From Spirochaetia bacterium (GTDB taxonomy: Bacteria > Spirochaetota > Spirochaetia > SZUA-6 > Bin103): 64,000 nt of DNA. The position numbers and the translations under genes were made by a program. The notes beneath the pieces are model-generated. The model did no database searches. It had not been told where the DNA came from and was given only the letters and a program-made list of their open reading frames with translations. The first letter of the stretch is position 1, and every line of letters begins with the position of its first letter. Shown piece after piece: positions 60,087 through 64,000 of this stretch. The stretch lies in assembly GCA_965203905.1 (NCBI GenBank), contig CBDBDQ010000005.1:5024001-5088000 (forward strand). Direction: 5' to 3'.

Positions 60087-60539
60087 AGCGGCTTCCGGCG
60101 AATGCTGCCGAATAGTCGCTCGCAGCTGACGGGGCTGATAGCGTCTTGCGTCAACGAGTTTCTCTTTCGGTTGGCGCCGTCGCGGCGTCCGCGGTAGCCG
60201 CTTCAACCTGCTTCATCGGTGCCATGACGCGACCCGACCGACTGCCGTCGAGACGCACGTAGGCGGCTGATCTCTTCCGCAGAGAGTGGGCCTGCGATAC
60301 CTTCACCTGTTCCCCGCCGGGTGTGCCGGCGTCCGATGTGGTCCTCCGCGCACCTGGCGCGGTCCGCCGCACGCCATCGAAGCCGGCCCGCGACGCGAGC
60401 CGCGTGCACGATCGCGGCCATCGCTGTCGAGTTGCGCTGCCGGTGGCCGGCTGTCTCTATTACAAGGGGCCTTCGACACGGCAGATGAGATCGTCAGTAG
60501 GGATAGGCGTGTAAGCACACATACGCTTATGATGGTTGC

Positions 60540-60764
60540 ATGAGTACAACTCGATGGTCGCTGGTGGTCTCCGAAGCAACTGACCGCGCCCTGCGTACCT
60601 TCCTTGCGAGTCGGGGACTGAAGAAAGGGCATCTCTCGCAGTTTGTCGAGGACGCCGTGAGAGAAAAGCTGTTCGATCTGACCGTCGCAGAAGTCAAAGA
60701 GCGAAACGCGGGACAAACCGATGCTGTCATGCAGGCCGTCGAGGAGGCTCTCGAGCGAGCGTGA
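60540..60764 (+). CDS. Ribbon-helix-helix antitoxin-like protein
   Basis: RWSLVVSEATDRALRTFLA..LSQFVEDAV. Confidence 0.8.
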   Translation: MSTTRWSLVVSEATDRALRTFLASRGLKKGHLSQFVEDAVREKLFDLTVAEVKERNAGQTDAVMQAVEEALERA

Positions 60765-60767
60765 GGG

Positions 60768-61176
60768 GTGCGTGTTGTGCTCGACACCGGAATCCTCGTT
60801 GCCGCTCTGATCACACGGGACACGCCCCCAGACCAACTGTACCAGCTGTGGCGCAAGCGACGGTTCACGCTGATCACGTCCGAGCCGCAGTTAAGCGAGT
60901 TCCGGCGCGTCACTCGTTACCCGAAGCTACGTCGGTTCCTGAAAGCTCACGAAGCGCTGACTCCTGCGCGGGGTGCGTACGCGAGCTGTTGTTGTCCCAG
61001 GGCTGCCACAGATCGATCTTGTCGACGACCCCGACGACAATCTCGTGCTTGCCACTGCTCTCGCCGGCGAGGCTGACTATCTGGTCACCGGAGATCGGCG
61101 TCACCTACTGCACCTGAAGAAGGTGCAGCACACGAGGATCTTGACGGCACGTGAGCTCACAGAGTTGCTCAACTGA
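60768..61176 (+). pseudogene. PIN-family toxin, frameshifted ~60965
   Basis: MRVVLDTGILVAAL...; DPDDNLVLATALAGEADYLVTGD in a second frame. Confidence 0.8.
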
Positions 61177-61525
61177 CCGTTCCCGACGAACGGGACCGGC
61201 CGATGGCCATTCCAAGTTCTCGATCCCATCCCTGGCCTTACACCAGGCGGCGACTTGGCCCAACTCGAACGCCCCGTGCATCGGCTTCGCTGACCGGCCA
61301 GGTCAGCTCGAAGTGGCGCCTGGGCACCGCATTGTCGCCGCATCATCGGGCACCGCAGACCGACGGCGGGCAAACGCCAGCCAACCGCGAGCTGACGCGC
61401 GCGAGTCGATTGCCGGTCGGTGTGGTCGGAGCCAGGATCGGGCGCACGCCGGTTGGGGGCCCCAAAAAAGAAACCCTTCGTCTCGTTCGCGTTGGCCACT
61501 GGGAGCTCGTGAAGGTCCCGATGGA

Positions 61526-61819
61526 TCAAGCACCCTTTCTGCGCAGATGAATCTCGGGGACTGCTTCGAGCGCATCGGCCAGACGCCGGAGAAACGATAA
61601 CGATAGATTGCGGTAATTGCCCGATTCGACTCGGGCGATTGCGGGTTGAGATGTACCGACTCGTTCTGCGAGCTCCTTTTGCGTGAGGTTCAATCTCTTG
61701 CGCAGCGCAATGATCTCCGTGGCCAAGGTGAACTCCTCCTCTAGCGCCTCATACTCCCGCCTGAAGTTGGGGTCCCTAAGCTGCTCGTTCAGCAAATCCT
61801 GGTACCTGGTTGCCTTCAT
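61526..61819 (-). CDS. XRE HTH antitoxin
   Basis: LTQKELAERVGTSQPAIARVESG. Confidence 0.9.
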   Translation of the reverse strand: MKATRYQDLLNEQLRDPNFRREYEALEEEFTLATEIIALRKRLNLTQKELAERVGTSQPAIARVESGNYRNLSLSFLRRLADALEAVPEIHLRRKGA

Positions 61820-62151
61820 TGCTCGCTGGCCTCCTCGTACTGTCTCTTCAGTCTCATGGCTCTGTCGATCTCACTGCGACTGGTCCGGTGAGCCTTCTTG
61901 ACGTAGCCGGAAGTCACGACGTAGACCCTTTGTCCCTTGTGGAAGTAGAACAGTCTGCATGTGTTCGATCCTATCTGCGACCTGAGCTCGTGCAAGTCGC
62001 ACCCAGACAGCTTGCGTGCGTGCGGCATCGGAAGATGAGGCCCGAATCGCTCCAGAAGCTGGATGCAGCGAAAGGCCTTCGCTCGAAGCTTTGTCTCGAG
62101 CTTCCGTAGGAAGTCCTCCGCTGGCTGAAGCACGATGACTTCATAATCCAC
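61816..62151 (-). CDS. RelE/ParE (Gp49/DUF891-like) toxin
   Basis: PHARKL..LHELR..RLFYF..GYVKK..EIDRA. Confidence 0.88.
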   Translation of the reverse strand: MDYEVIVLQPAEDFLRKLETKLRAKAFRCIQLLERFGPHLPMPHARKLSGCDLHELRSQIGSNTCRLFYFHKGQRVYVVTSGYVKKAHRTSRSEIDRAMRLKRQYEEASEQ

Positions 62152-62157
62152 TGAGTG

Positions 62158-62186
62158 TGTATACCACTATTGATATTGCCAGTCAA
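62158..62186 (-). promoter_or_regulatory. Sigma70 promoter, probably leaderless
   Basis: TTGACT-17-TATACA, 6 nt before the GTG. Confidence 0.65.
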
Positions 62187-62344
62187 GGAACCCCGCCGCG
62201 GCGTTGCGAGCGATAGGCCTCGGACTGCCTCCGGACTTACCCAGCTGGGGCGGAATGCTCAGCCCCGAGCGGCGGGCAGGGCCACCGAGGTGAACGCTCG
62301 CCGGAACGGACGGCACACTGCGGCTTGGCCGTGGACCACGGGAC

Positions 62345-62450
62345 ACTTCCCGCCAGGTATTCGAGAACGTCGTAGACCGTGATGCGATCTCTCGAATGCA
62401 CGGTCTGCCGAACGCGGGACCAGATCAACGATTATGTGATCCAGGAGATC
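62345..62450 (-). pseudogene. DUF433 remnant
   Basis: LLDHIIVD...RPCIR...RITVYDVLEYLAG with frameshifts. Confidence 0.55.
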
Positions 62451-62949
62451 CTGATGGCATCTCAGGATATTTGAGATGGGGATTGGTGAACACGGCCACA
62501 TGGGGATCCCTGTTGTCGGTCCAGGCCGAGATCAGCTTCATGTTCCCCGGACGCCTTCACCTCGGCACCGCCAACACTGAGCATAGTCTCGCGCTTCGAG
62601 CGAGCGTCACTCTTGCGGACGTCGCCGCCTAGGCGACCTCCTTGCCTCTCAGAAGGGGCCTTGGCGCATGGTCCGAATCGGCCAATGGGCCCTTTTGCCG
62701 GACCCCGGGTGTCGCCATTGTGCTGATGTCGCGGGCGCACTGCTAGTGACGGTTGGCCGGTGGTGCCAGCGTGGATGGTGGCGGCGTGAGAGGTAGCGCT
62801 GCCACGTCGTGCCGCCGCTTCATCGGCCGCGGCAGAGTTCGTAATCGGTGCTGTTCCCGTGCGGTGGATCTGAAACCTCAGAGCGGTCAACGTTCTTCTT
62901 CCACCAACACCGAGATTGCCTTATCCTCGTATCAAGGGAGCCAGCACAG

Positions 62950-63177
62950 ATGCGTAGCCTCTCCGGCTTGGTTATCCAGGACTCAGAGATCATGTCAGGA
63001 ACGCCCGTATTCGCCGGCACACGGGTACCCGTCCAGAGTCTGTGGGACCATCTCGAAGCCGGCGACAGCCTGGACAAGTTCCTCGATTCCTTCCCCTCGG
63101 TGTCCCGCCGGCAGGCCAAGGAAGTGCTCGAGCTTGCCGGCGAACTGCTCATAGACCGTGCACATTCTGCTCGATGA
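62950..63177 (+). CDS. DUF433 antitoxin-like protein
   Basis: DSEIMSGTPVFAGTRVPVQSL..FLDSFPSV. Confidence 0.88.
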   Translation: MRSLSGLVIQDSEIMSGTPVFAGTRVPVQSLWDHLEAGDSLDKFLDSFPSVSRRQAKEVLELAGELLIDRAHSAR

Positions 63178-63477
63178 GTCGGTCCCGCGTCAGTTTGCTC
63201 GGCTCCTGGAAGGCCATGAGGTGCAGACCGTGCCGCGGAGGGCTGGGCAGGCGTCCGCAACGGCGAGCTGCTCCGCAGGGCTGCGACCGAGTTCGATGTG
63301 TTCGTCACCGTTGACCAGAACCTCCAACACCAGCAAAACCTCGGCCGGTTTCCGGTCGCCGTCGCCGTCCTCGTTGTCCATGACAACCGAATCGAAACCC
63401 TGGAACCTCTCGCCCCTCTCCTTCTGAGCGTCCTTCCATCGCTCCAGGCGGGCCGGGCCACCGAAATCACTCCGTAG
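63158..63477 (+). pseudogene. DUF5615 PIN-like toxin, frameshifted ~63240
   Basis: MHILLDESVPR..GHEVQTV; GWAGVRNGELL..FDVFVTVDQNLQHQQNL in a second frame. Confidence 0.8.
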
Positions 63478-64000
63478 TCTCGGCCATCGCCTTCACCCGT
63501 TGCGCTTGCTCGCCACACCAGCCCATCGCCTCAAACCGCCGCCCGCCAAACCCGCCCATTGCCCGATTCGGACCGGGCGCCAAGGCCCCTTCGACAAGCG
63601 GAGTGCAGACCAACCTCGGCCTGCTCTTCGTAGTGATGCGCCATCCTTCCTCGGTCTCCTGTCGCGGCAGAGGACGACGCCGACTGACGTTTCAGCCAGC
63701 GTCGCTCGGCCGCGAGCGCCATTGGTCTCCGATGGCCCGCACTGTCCGGTCACGGGGCCCACGAACGGACGACCCGTCAGTCGTGAACCGATGAGAGACG
63801 TACGAGAGATCAGCGTCGAGATCGGTGCGGGTGCCGGTCGCCCGGCGGAGTACCTGGGCGCGCTTCTCCGAGCCAGCTCTACGGGACCACCTGACTCGGT
63901 ACACTTCGCCGACTCGGTCTGCCGTGCCCAGGCGCCGCTTCGAGCTGACCGGCCAGGTCACGCCCATCCCCAGCCCGGCGCTCGTCGACCTGGTCGGCCG

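Noticed and set aside
63480-64000. Short ORFs at the right edge
   Set aside because: No recognisable motifs or consistent coding frame.

Overview
High-GC bacterial window of accessory DNA. The 'FAAG/FASP/WAGG' N-termini of the solute-binding proteins suggest a host- or sponge-associated spirochaete (inference). There are three layers. (1) Sugar/sulfated-glycan catabolism: four family-5 ABC solute-binding proteins, three DppB/DppC permease pairs (no ATPases), a GH95, two sulfatases, an FGE-like/sialidase fusion, a lactonase, PhyH dioxygenases and a fused hydantoinase/oxoprolinase. (2) A dense field of toxin-antitoxin modules, mostly with broken toxins and intact antitoxins, plus many abruptly joined gene fragments. 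(3) The most striking feature: a multicopy ~2.1-kb transposase-less element with a ~420-450-nt conserved leader, a ~525-aa helical-domain/linker/HNH endonuclease gene, a ~100-nt conserved trailer and 17-bp imperfect terminal inverted repeats (CAGGRCYATCCCAYGCT). It occurs as 3 full copies, 1 truncated copy and a 246-bp MITE derivative. The MITE and one full copy bracket an Rpn fragment and are flanked by a perfect 9-bp direct repeat (TTGATGTGA), indicating movement as a composite transposon. No rRNA, tRNA or CRISPR array was seen.
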